Positions 1-8,462 of a stretch of 32,000 nucleotides of DNA are shown piece after piece. The position numbers and the translations under genes are program-made. The stretch lies in the NCBI GenBank assembly GCA_030614005.1, contig JAUWKS010000012.1:34276-66275 (forward strand). Direction: 5' to 3'. Origin of the DNA: Candidatus Heimdallarchaeota archaeon. Lineage in GTDB: Archaea; Asgardarchaeota; Heimdallarchaeia; JABLTI01. The number at the start of each line of letters is the position of its first letter. Within the stretch, counting starts at the first letter, position 1. Below the pieces are notes generated by a model. The model had not been told where the DNA came from. It saw nothing but the letters and a program-made list of their open reading frames with translations, and did not search any database.

Positions 1-1
1 A

Positions 2-259
2 AAATTGTTTAAAGGTGCTCTCGAAATAAAGAGTGGGAAAATATTAGGATTCATTCTACAAAATATTGCCTGGTTAGGAGGGCATATACAAGAATTCTTC
101 TGGTTGAGAGATTATATTGGAACGGTCAATTCAATAATTTTCATTATAGTATCAGGTGTTTTAACAGGATTAACAGTAATGGAAACAGAAAATATCTTTG
201 GAGTATCAATAGGACATGTACTACTAAATGTACTAATAATAGTAACATATGCAGTGTAA
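2..259 (+). CDS. C-terminal part of a CPBP (Abi/CAAX-protease family) intramembrane metalloprotease, truncated by the window edge
   Basis: Frame is open from position 2. Hydrophobic helices carry CPBP-like motifs AWLGGH and ENIFGVSIGHVLLN (HxxxN). Confidence 0.6.
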   Translation, partial: KLFKGALEIKSGKILGFILQNIAWLGGHIQEFFWLRDYIGTVNSIIFIIVSGVLTGLTVMETENIFGVSIGHVLLNVLIIVTYAV

Positions 260-366
260 GAAGAAGAAAAAATTTTCCTAATACAAAGACTCAAAAAGAG
301 AAAAAGAGTCAAAAAAACAACTAATAATGGGCCGGTAGATCAGACTGGAAGATCGCCTGATTTGCA

Positions 367-400
367 ATAGATAAAAGGCTGCGGGCCAAATCTAAAAAAT
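367..400 (+). other. Archaeal tRNA intron with a relaxed bulge-helix-bulge
   Basis: 5' bulge C365 A366|A367. Intron helix TAGAT(368-372)/ATCTA(390-394) with inner GGC/GCC. Central helix TTTG(361-364)/AAAA(395-398) has one G.A mismatch. 3' bulge A399 T400|T401. Confidence 0.85.
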
Positions 401-405
401 TTCAG

Positions 406-439
406 GAGGCCGTGGATTCAAATTCCACCCGGTCCACCA
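406..439 (+). repeat. tRNA 3'-end repeat, source copy (GAGGCCGTGGATTCAAATTCCACCCGGTCCACCA)
   Basis: This 34-mer recurs four more times almost intact and once partially on the same strand. Confidence 0.95.
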
Positions 440-1046
440 CCTTCTTTTCTCTTTTCCACCTCGTTCTGTCCTTCTTTTTATTTTTATTGTGTGGTATCTG
501 TTACCATTAAAAATTGGATTAATAGAACAAAATTATTTTTACTCATTTTAAAACCTAGAGTTCGAAAAATCTCTTTAGCTTAACAGGATCAGCTCTATCT
601 TCATCATCAATCAGTATAAACACACCGACATTTCTTTTGATGTATTCCTTGCTCCAGTCCTCTTTTATCTTCCATCCTCCTGTTGCAAACACTCCGTTAT
701 CCATATCGTAGAAAGGAACATGGGTGTGGCTGAGGATAATTTTATCTGTCTGAAGAATCTTTGGAAGAAAGTCTATGCTGTTAGTTATTAACTGTTTCTT
801 CATGTTAGTTGCCGCTTGATTCCAAGTTTCATTCACTCGTTTCTTAAGACCAATGTTATGTCCATGGCAGATGATAAACCGACCTTCTAGAGTATTTAGT
901 TTCACATAGGGAACTACTTGGATGTCCGGTCTATCGAATAGCAAGTTTCCTTCGTGTCCCATCCCACCTGTTACAAAGACTAACTTTTCCTTAAATCCCT
1001 TCTCAATACTCCAGTCAACAAAAGAGTCTAATGCCTCCTTTCCTGT
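440..1046. repeat. ~600 bp left end of segment 1, repeated in diverged form at 16830-17443
   Basis: Non-coding 441-554 vs 16831-16944 has 14 mismatches in 114 nt (hand count). The encoded phosphoesterase parts are about 80% identical in amino acids (hand count). Confidence 0.95.
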
Positions 1047-1190
1047 TTCATCGAAATTATCTAAGAAATCACCGTTCATAATAATTATATCTACTTTCTT
1101 TGACGCGCTTTCTAGCGCTTCTTTGAATTCATCCTCTAAACATCCTTCTGCACCTAGATGTACATCACCAACCACTATTGCAAGAGTCAC
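555..1190 (-). CDS. Calcineurin-like metallophosphoesterase
   Basis: Motifs GDVH, NGDFLD, TGGMGHE (in place of GNHD/E), CHGH and SHTH. GTG start overlaps the helicase stop by 4 nt, with a GGAGG SD upstream. Confidence 0.9.
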   Translation of the reverse strand: MTLAIVVGDVHLGAEGCLEDEFKEALESASKKVDIIIMNGDFLDNFDETGKEALDSFVDWSIEKGFKEKLVFVTGGMGHEGNLLFDRPDIQVVPYVKLNTLEGRFIICHGHNIGLKKRVNETWNQAATNMKKQLITNSIDFLPKILQTDKIILSHTHVPFYDMDNGVFATGGWKIKEDWSKEYIKRNVGVFILIDDEDRADPVKLKRFFEL

Positions 1191-3502
1191 CCCGCTAGAT
1201 CCTCCTTTGTCTTTTGTACTAAAAATGAGTTGACTATTCCAATAGAATCTTCTGATACATTAGCAAATAAAGGTAAGATTGACTCTTGAGTTTGCTTATT
1301 TATTAGAGCTTCATTAACTAGTTTCCTCATTTGTTCTGCTACTTTTTGGAATTCTCTAAAAAGAAATGCCGCATTGCCTAACTCTCCACCTCTATCATAA
1401 ATAACTATTTTATTCTCGTGTACGTTCACCACTGTTCTAAAAGAGGGCTCTGAAATATGCAATGCTATTTCTGTACTCTTTAGAATAAGGTCTTTCAATA
1501 AACTTAGTGCTTCTCTTTTCTTTTTATTGCTTGACTTCTTAGCTGAAAAAGTCACCTCTACTAAGAAACCACTAGTTTTCTCTTGCGAGTGGAAAACCTG
1601 CTCGTCTTGATGATTATCATCTATTTTGTTACCTGTTTTCGTGTACCTCACAACTTCAGCAGTTTCTCTTTGAATGACCATTTTGCCAAATCGAATATTT
1701 AGTTCAGCAAATCTAAACACTCGTGCCTGTTTGTCAATTTGGATAGAAGGAGCCTTTAGTTTGTTTTGTTCAATTGATGATTTATTAATTTGAAGCTTTT
1801 CTACAACAATCTTCCTCTCTAGCGATTTTTCAACTCGGTAGATATCTCCCTGTCTTCCTAGGTAAAGGAGGTTACCCTCTAAAGCCGTTCGTAATATTCT
1901 TTGCTCCTCAATTTCACCAATTATCCGTTCAAAATTATTATCAAGACTTCTCTCAACTAGTAACCTTCTTTGCCCTGCAGATCGAATTTTGTGGTTTCGT
2001 ATGAACTGTAATAGCTCTTGTTCATCAGCTATAATTAATTCACGTCTATCAGCAGAAACTTTGTGATTTATAGTTCGAAGAATGCCGTCTGCTATTAGCA
2101 TAACGATTGCTGTCTGAGTTATTTGCTTGCTTTCCAATGTTTTGCTGAAAGCAAGAATTTCTTCAATTGTTGTTATCCCCATATATATTCTGAATAACAC
2201 AAAAGCTTTCATTCTTTGTAAGGACTGTGAGTTAAACAATATTTGTTCAGCAGTGTTCTCTTCAAGAATGGTCTTTATTATTCGATAATTTTCCAAATAA
2301 TACTTATCCAATACTCGTTCTGTGTCTAATATTAGTGTAAAATTCTTTTTCTGAGAAATATCTTGAAATCGCAATCTTCCCATTCTTTGTATTAGCCCAT
2401 TCTTACCTGTTATCGGCCAGCCTATATTGATAATATGTTGAATTTTTGGTATATCTATTCCTAACTCAAGCAATGATGTAGTGAATAGAAATCGAAGTGA
2501 TCCATCCATTATTCTCTTTATAATATCTGCTTTATCAGATTCTGTTAGTTGACTATTGATACACATAAATGGTGAGTTTTGTTTTACTATCTCTAATGGT
2601 AAATCTGTTTTTATCATCAATTGTTCATTAAATTTCGCCACTAACTGACTGACTTTTTGCACACTATCAATGAATACTAAACATATTCCCCCTATCCTTT
2701 GAAGATGTGGGTCGATTCGCTCAAGTATGAATTGTTCTAGTGAATCCTTAGGAAGGATCATCACTCGAATCACTCCCCTTTTGCCTACAGCTTTTACAAT
2801 CTTTGCGCTTGGCAAGAAATTATCTCGAAATGAAGCAACATCCTTTACTGTAGCTGAAGCAAGAATTACTCTTAACTTTGGATTCGTTTGTTTAAAGGCT
2901 GCAATAAACTCTCGAACATGAGTTAAATATCCTCCCGAACCTGCATGTATTTCGTCAAATACCATTATATCAGTTTGTTTAATCCAGTCGAGAAAACCAT
3001 ATTTATCTTCCTTGAAACGTCTGTAGAACAATTTATCTAAAGTTGCCAAGATGATCTGTGGTTTCTTCTTCTCAATTTGTTCCAAGTCTTGTTTTGATAG
3101 GTCGCCATTGTATCTGCTATAGGTGATCTTTTTCCCTGTTGCTTCGAGAATATGATTGCAATAGCGAGTTAATCTTTGTTCCTGGTCAGCAGCAAGCTGC
3201 TTGGTTGGATAGATAATGATTGCATTAGAAATCTTCTCATCTATTAATTCTTTAAGTATTGTAAATAGAAACACTTCTGTTTTTCCAGCACCAGTCCCTA
3301 CTGTGAGAAAAAGGTCATCACCAGCAAGAATTTTCTTCATAGCTTCAATCTGGTATTTGTAAAGAGTGTAGGGAAACGCTTGTTTCAATGCTTTACCAAG
3401 CTTCACCATACCTACTTCAGGATCATCAATATAATGATTAGTTTTCTCACTCTCTTGTGGTTGGATATTAAAGGTTGCTTTAACGATGCAGTGGTTTGGC
3501 AA
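1187..3502 (-). CDS. DEAH-box SF2 helicase, YprA/MrfA (DUF1998-like) family
   Basis: Q motif YKYQ, I GTGAGKT, Ia YPTKQLAADQ, Ib ATLDKL, II DEIH, III SAT, V TTSLLELGIDI, VI QRMGR. ALEGNLLYLGRQGDIYRV and IYDRGGELG resemble the MrfA/DUF1998 C-terminus, but the terminal Cys cluster is absent. Confidence 0.85.
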   Translation of the reverse strand: MPNHCIVKATFNIQPQESEKTNHYIDDPEVGMVKLGKALKQAFPYTLYKYQIEAMKKILAGDDLFLTVGTGAGKTEVFLFTILKELIDEKISNAIIIYPTKQLAADQEQRLTRYCNHILEATGKKITYSRYNGDLSKQDLEQIEKKKPQIILATLDKLFYRRFKEDKYGFLDWIKQTDIMVFDEIHAGSGGYLTHVREFIAAFKQTNPKLRVILASATVKDVASFRDNFLPSAKIVKAVGKRGVIRVMILPKDSLEQFILERIDPHLQRIGGICLVFIDSVQKVSQLVAKFNEQLMIKTDLPLEIVKQNSPFMCINSQLTESDKADIIKRIMDGSLRFLFTTSLLELGIDIPKIQHIINIGWPITGKNGLIQRMGRLRFQDISQKKNFTLILDTERVLDKYYLENYRIIKTILEENTAEQILFNSQSLQRMKAFVLFRIYMGITTIEEILAFSKTLESKQITQTAIVMLIADGILRTINHKVSADRRELIIADEQELLQFIRNHKIRSAGQRRLLVERSLDNNFERIIGEIEEQRILRTALEGNLLYLGRQGDIYRVEKSLERKIVVEKLQINKSSIEQNKLKAPSIQIDKQARVFRFAELNIRFGKMVIQRETAEVVRYTKTGNKIDDNHQDEQVFHSQEKTSGFLVEVTFSAKKSSNKKKREALSLLKDLILKSTEIALHISEPSFRTVVNVHENKIVIYDRGGELGNAAFLFREFQKVAEQMRKLVNEALINKQTQESILPLFANVSEDSIGIVNSFLVQKTKEDLAG

Positions 3503-3504
3503 GT

Positions 3505-4023
3505 CTAATTCTCTCCTTGGATTTTAGCAGCGTATAAAATTGAAAATATTGAACTAAATTCATCCTTTAAAAAATCATTTATTTCTTCATCGGTTGTATA
3601 TTCTTCTCCTTTCGAATAAAATTGGATTATTCCAGAAATGCATTTTGTTATCGCTTCTTTTCTTCCCTCTCGAGATAAGAATCTGATATTTGATGAAAAA
3701 TTTTGAATTATTATTTCTTCTTCACGTTCTTTTAGAGCGATTTCTTTATTCAATTTTGTTCTATTATATAATTCAGCATGTGCTTGTGGACTAATTTGTA
3801 AATGTGGAGGTAATGCTTGCCCTAATGCGAGACTGTTATAGAGTTGAACCAAATTATCTAATTGGGAACCTTCTTTCAATCCAAAACGATATTTGTACTT
3901 TTGTCCAATACGCCATATTAGACCTTTTTTCTTCAACTCCTGAAGAGTTAGATACGTTTCTGTAAGAGCTATACCTGCTCCATCAGCTATTACTTTGGCT
4001 TTTTTTTGGATAGGCAATTCCAT
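3505..4023 (-). CDS. Hypothetical protein, possible N-terminal winged helix
   Basis: 172-aa ORF tightly coupled in the operon. ETYLTLQELKKKGLIWRIGQKYKY resembles a wHTH recognition helix and wing. Confidence 0.65.
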   Translation of the reverse strand: MELPIQKKAKVIADGAGIALTETYLTLQELKKKGLIWRIGQKYKYRFGLKEGSQLDNLVQLYNSLALGQALPPHLQISPQAHAELYNRTKLNKEIALKEREEEIIIQNFSSNIRFLSREGRKEAITKCISGIIQFYSKGEEYTTDEEINDFLKDEFSSIFSILYAAKIQGEN

Positions 4024-4059
4024 ATTTTATGAAATCACCTAACAAATACCATATCACTT

Positions 4060-5556
4060 TTATCGTATCCATTCTATTTCAAGCTCCTCAAATCGATTGC
4101 AATATTCAATTACTCTAGGAGAAAATTTATTCGGTTGCAGGTTATTTTCTTCCAGAAAATCCTTCTCTCGGTCTTCAAAAAGGAGAGACGAAGATTTAGA
4201 ACAAGTAAGGTTTTGTTCTACTTTCTTAGCAATTCGCTTATTTGGGTAATACACTAACGGTTTAAAATTCGCTTTTTTGATCTCCTCTTGACAGATCCTA
4301 AAGGCTATGTCCTTCATTTGTTCCCTTTCTTCTATGTCTAATGAAATCCATTGAGCAGATAATCGCCAGAATTTCACAGGTATCTCTCTTTCACAATCTA
4401 TTATCTTTACCATTAATTGCTTTTCAAGAAATTTCTGATGAATAGCTGAGAGTAAATTATCAAATTCAACAATAAATTGCTTACAAGCTTCTCTGAAGGT
4501 TCGATAGGTTTTTCCATTGAAGTAACATGGTTCACTAAATAATTGTTGTTTGAGCTTGTAAAGCATCTCTTCTCCTCTTTTGTTAACAACATAGACAATC
4601 TCCCCTTTAAATACATCAAGTTTATCAACTAATGAATTAGTTATTCTTTTGTCAAGAATAGCATGTACTAGCTTTATGTGTCCTGCGAACTTTAACGCTT
4701 CACACAAATCAAGCACCAGTCCCATCCATGATAGATCAGAGTAATAACTGAAATGACTAAATCCCCCAACACCTAGATACTTTAAATCTAATTCATCAAG
4801 TATATTCCACAATTCCTCCTCACAGAGAATGAACATATAATTAAACAGAACATCTCCTTTTGTACATGCCATTGTTTTGTAATTGCCTGTTGTTCTTTTA
4901 TGTAGATATAATCGATTGGACACTCGATTGCTGATAGCAAAATCAAAAGTGCTTATTAGTTCATTAGTTACCATCCAAGTAATATCTGCTGCTGATGCTT
5001 CTGAAAGATTACAGAGAACACTTGTATTACAATTATATCCATAAAGATAGGCATCACATATTGCATCAACAAAAAGCTGCCACTTTTGTTTTTCTGAAGA
5101 GAACCCTCGCAATGTTTGAACCAAGGCTAATCGATTAGATAGATTCGACCGCCAAAAGACATTGTTTAATCCAAAAGAAAATCGCATTACATCTACCGTA
5201 AGAGCTCTTTGACAGTCCATTCGCTCAACTTTAAACCATCCTTGAGGAGAAGAAATGCGAACATAATGGCACCCTGCAGAAACTAATTGTTGTTTTATCT
5301 CCTCAGAAATTCCCTGATAGTCATATACGAATTGTATTACTGACAAATTATATTGAAGCTTGTCTACATGAAGATTATAATCTTTAATAATCACTTGTTG
5401 TCCAGGCAGTATTTGAAAACCTAAGCTCACTTTATTCTTTTTCCGGGCTTCATCAAGCGTTAATCCAGTAAGTTTATACACTTCTTCATTGAAGATATGT
5501 TGATTATCCTTAACACATAATATATACTGTTGATCATCCTTTCTACTTTTACTCAA
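4060..5556 (-). CDS. cas1: Divergent stand-alone Cas1 / casposase-like integrase with a ~130-aa C-terminal extension
   Basis: Cas1 motifs in the correct order: N-terminal beta domain VIQFVYDYQGISEEIKQQLVSAGCHYVRISSPQGWF; E186ASAADITW (EG/AxAAxxYW/F); R-x3-R then GDVLFNYMFILCEEE (DPxNAxLNYxY); GGFSH268 (GFLH); LVLD283LCE286ALK (LALDLMEEFR); then VYVVNKRGEEMLY...FREACKQF. TTG start with a GAGGAGG SD. Confidence 0.8.
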   Translation of the reverse strand: MSKSRKDDQQYILCVKDNQHIFNEEVYKLTGLTLDEARKKNKVSLGFQILPGQQVIIKDYNLHVDKLQYNLSVIQFVYDYQGISEEIKQQLVSAGCHYVRISSPQGWFKVERMDCQRALTVDVMRFSFGLNNVFWRSNLSNRLALVQTLRGFSSEKQKWQLFVDAICDAYLYGYNCNTSVLCNLSEASAADITWMVTNELISTFDFAISNRVSNRLYLHKRTTGNYKTMACTKGDVLFNYMFILCEEELWNILDELDLKYLGVGGFSHFSYYSDLSWMGLVLDLCEALKFAGHIKLVHAILDKRITNSLVDKLDVFKGEIVYVVNKRGEEMLYKLKQQLFSEPCYFNGKTYRTFREACKQFIVEFDNLLSAIHQKFLEKQLMVKIIDCEREIPVKFWRLSAQWISLDIEEREQMKDIAFRICQEEIKKANFKPLVYYPNKRIAKKVEQNLTCSKSSSLLFEDREKDFLEENNLQPNKFSPRVIEYCNRFEELEIEWIR

Positions 5557-5557
5557 T

Positions 5558-7600
5558 TCAATTCCTCCTCATTTTCTTTCTCTTTTGAATCAATTTGAAT
5601 GTAGTATTACACATTGAACAGCTAACAGGTTTCAATCCCTGAGCTGGTCTATCATCTGTGCCAAAATCTTCAATTACAATTTCTCTCCCCTCCACTAAAC
5701 AAGTAGAACATAAATAAGCATATATCTCTTTTTTATCTGCTGAATATCCCACAAAACTTCTGGTAATTGCATCATAGAATTCTTCAACAGTATAAATTAT
5801 AGTTACCTTTTCTTTTCTTATAAAATGCTTGCAACCAACAGTTGTACTTCTGAGTGTTTTGGTAGCTCGAATATGGTTCTCACTTGAAACTTTTCGTTCA
5901 GCTATATTTATTGCTCTTCGCCAGAACATACAACGTCTTTTTTCAAACCAATGACAATCCCCACAAACGACTTTGAAATGTGCCGGGAAATCTTTACTTG
6001 TATAATAATCAAGACTTCTCCCCAAGGGTGGTTTGGCTGTTAGCGTCTTCACAGGATACCCACTTTTAGATAGACTTTGGATTGCTTGCTTTGCTTCAAA
6101 AGGATTAATGGTAAGCATTGAGCAAATTTTGTTTTGAGTAATAGGAGACTCAGTATTTGCCAGCAGTTCTTTTAGTGCTCGTTCAATTGTTTGTCTATCC
6201 ATTTTCTTATTTATTGGTGATTCCTCAACATCATAGGATTTTTGCAAAACTCTATTCAAGAGCTTTAGACTTTCTCTTGAATCTTGAGTCATCTGATCTC
6301 TAAAGCAATTTAACATCTGGGTAATTTGGAAAAGTACATAACTATTATTAGAAGCTGCTAGAATACTAGCAATGGTTTCCTCTTCATCTTTGAGAATATC
6401 TAACCTACCGATTAAAAATTGCAAATCATCAAATTGTAATTTCCCTCGTGTAAAATCGCTAAATATTTCCTGTACTAGTTCCCATGTAATGATGTCATTC
6501 TCAGTTTTTTTTCGGATAGTTCTCAAAAACATCATAGGATCGTTTAGCATCTCTTCAAAGTAGGTTGAAGCAATAATGTATTGTCTTCCAAATGTAGTCA
6601 AAGTGAAACGACTATAACTACTTTGATCTTTCTTTACTAAAGCAAATGCTCCTAGATGTCTTTCTTGCAAACTCTCAAATAGGGATATATTTTGGAAGTA
6701 TTTCGTATGGAAAATTAATTCAGTAAGGTGCTGTCTCATTTCATCATCTGTTTTCTTTTTCTTTGCTTGATATATTCGAAAGTACGTTGCTTTCTGTAAT
6801 CGTTCAATGAGTTGTTTTTTCGAAGGGGATCCTGAATATAAACAAAACAGAATAATACTCAAGAAAGCATCTTGTAATGCGTCCTCGTTTAATTCTTGAT
6901 ATATAGCTCTCACAGCCTCATTTGTTGAGATCATTATGTTATTAAATCCTCTTTCAATTTCTTCGGCAGGAATCAATCCGGTAGAAATAAAATGCTTTCG
7001 TACATGTGTTCTCTCTCGTTGAGGTAGAAGCAAAAGGATTGGGTCAATGTTATCAGAAATCCAAGACTTGCGAGCTCTATTAAGCGACTTATTCTCATCA
7101 AATGGATCAATGAAAATATACGCATTGACGATTGGCAGCTGGACTTTTGCTTTCAAAGCATCGTCTCGACTCTTTCGATATAACAGATTTCGAGTCAACG
7201 TGTTATAACTTGTTATGATTAGCTTATTCGCTGCTAGAGGGTGACTGTTTCCTTTAAATTTTGAAAACGTAGAAGCAATCTTCATCCCTGCAAGAGTTTT
7301 TTTGGAGGTCTCTGCAGTAACTTGATCCTCATCGTAATTAGCATAATTATAGATTTTCTTGGCTTGTTCAGAGGTTCGAACAATAATCATTGCTGTTTGG
7401 TCGGATAATCTAGCTGAAAGTAAAGCTATAGTGGTAGCTAATTGTAACTGGTCTTCAGGGAGAATTTCATAAAAAAATATGTCTGTTTCACATAGAACCG
7501 TTTTTCGAATAATGCTTAAGTTATCAACACAAGTAAATGGATAATCTCGAAAGATAGTGGTTATGCTAATGGGTAATTGTGTTCTATAAGTTGTTATCAT
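5558..7600 (-). CDS. Inactivated Hel308/Ski2-like protein with winged helices and C-terminal Cys clusters
   Basis: Degenerate RecA1 domain: no Walker A, Ia-like AMIIVRTSEQAKKIY, Ib-like IITSYNTL, II-like IFIDPFDE. Hel308-type WH (LIERLQKATYF...LTTFGRQ), a second wHTH, then CGDC-C-C and CSTC-CSMC. Confidence 0.6.
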   Translation of the reverse strand: MITTYRTQLPISITTIFRDYPFTCVDNLSIIRKTVLCETDIFFYEILPEDQLQLATTIALLSARLSDQTAMIIVRTSEQAKKIYNYANYDEDQVTAETSKKTLAGMKIASTFSKFKGNSHPLAANKLIITSYNTLTRNLLYRKSRDDALKAKVQLPIVNAYIFIDPFDENKSLNRARKSWISDNIDPILLLLPQRERTHVRKHFISTGLIPAEEIERGFNNIMISTNEAVRAIYQELNEDALQDAFLSIILFCLYSGSPSKKQLIERLQKATYFRIYQAKKKKTDDEMRQHLTELIFHTKYFQNISLFESLQERHLGAFALVKKDQSSYSRFTLTTFGRQYIIASTYFEEMLNDPMMFLRTIRKKTENDIITWELVQEIFSDFTRGKLQFDDLQFLIGRLDILKDEEETIASILAASNNSYVLFQITQMLNCFRDQMTQDSRESLKLLNRVLQKSYDVEESPINKKMDRQTIERALKELLANTESPITQNKICSMLTINPFEAKQAIQSLSKSGYPVKTLTAKPPLGRSLDYYTSKDFPAHFKVVCGDCHWFEKRRCMFWRRAINIAERKVSSENHIRATKTLRSTTVGCKHFIRKEKVTIIYTVEEFYDAITRSFVGYSADKKEIYAYLCSTCLVEGREIVIEDFGTDDRPAQGLKPVSCSMCNTTFKLIQKRKKMRRN

Positions 7601-7606
7601 CCTACT

Positions 7607-8245
7607 TCACTCCTGGTTTAGCAATAGCTCTTCTAGGTGTTCGGGCAGAGAAAGCAACTCCTCGCCAACAAACCGATCGATGTACTCCGCCATTTCTATC
7701 TCGAGTGATTCAGGAGAGCTCTCATCAATAATCGAAACTGGGAACTTGTCCAGAAATTCCTCACTCAATTCTTTCACTGTTTCTTGTTTGTTTGTCACTC
7801 TTTCAATAATAGTTTCTAAGTGCTTCTTGCTAGTTTTAAGTTGCAGTAAAAATGAATCATCAGGTTCTTCTGCGAGTTGACTTTGGATTTGCATTTTTAT
7901 ATTGAATTCTGGTTGACTGATTATCAAAATAAATTGGAGAAGGTTATTATTTATCTCAAAAAGCAATGGTTGAGTGTCTGATCGTGGTAGTTTTTCAATT
8001 ATCAACCATTCAGTTAGTTTCTTGACTTTCTGTTTGAATGTCATCAAGCTCATTTTCTCTAGCACTTGATTGTACAATGACAGTACGGATGGGTACGTCA
8101 CTTGACCGAATTTTATTAAATTATTTACTAGCAACTCACAGATAACTAGCAAATTAGCAGTGATTTTAATGTCTGGATTATCCAATTCCACTGAATTCGC
8201 TGGAACTGATTGTTGAAAAGCACTAGTGTGAGTCATTTCCGTCAA
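7607..8245 (-). CDS. Hypothetical protein, possible winged-helix DNA-binding domain with acidic C-terminus; first gene of the operon
   Basis: 212-aa ORF. VTYPSVLSLYNQVLEKMSLMTFKQKVKKLTEWLIIEK is wHTH-like. Its stop overlaps the SD (GGAGTGA) of the next gene. Confidence 0.7.
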   Translation of the reverse strand: MTEMTHTSAFQQSVPANSVELDNPDIKITANLLVICELLVNNLIKFGQVTYPSVLSLYNQVLEKMSLMTFKQKVKKLTEWLIIEKLPRSDTQPLLFEINNNLLQFILIISQPEFNIKMQIQSQLAEEPDDSFLLQLKTSKKHLETIIERVTNKQETVKELSEEFLDKFPVSIIDESSPESLEIEMAEYIDRFVGEELLSLPEHLEELLLNQE

Positions 8246-8462
8246 TAATTTAAAGGAAAATTATGTTTTTAAAGTACTAAAAGTATAAAAAAACGAAAAG
8301 GTTCGAAAGAAGAGTTCGAAAAGAAGGCAGGATAAGGCTTCTTTTAACTCTACGGAAGATTACTTTATGTCCCTTTAGAATTATATGTAATCCCATTTTT
8401 TCCTTTTTTTCTGTATTTTTGCCCTTTCTTTGAGAAATTTTCTCTTTGATTTCTCTAAATTT

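Larger units (their letters stand above)
329..439 (+). tRNA. trnA: tRNA-Ala(UGC) with a 34-nt intron at 37/38 and encoded CCA
   Basis: Acceptor stem GGGCCGG(329-335)/CCGGTCC(429-435) has the G3:U70 Ala identity pair; discriminator A436; CCA 437-439. D-stem GATC/GATC; anticodon stem CCTGA(356-360)/TCAGG(402-406); anticodon TGC 363-365; T-arm GTGGA-TTCAAAT-TCCAC (412-428). Confidence 0.95.

Noticed and set aside
288-310. GACTC/GAGTC inverted repeat and tandem AAAAAGAG upstream of the tRNA as a leader or promoter element
   Set aside because: Only 5-8 bp in A-rich sequence, so it is indistinguishable from chance. No clear TATA/BRE could be assigned.
440-1046. Assembly artefact producing the 600-bp duplication
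   Set aside because: The copies are only about 80-88% identical with indels, too divergent for a mis-assembled duplicate.
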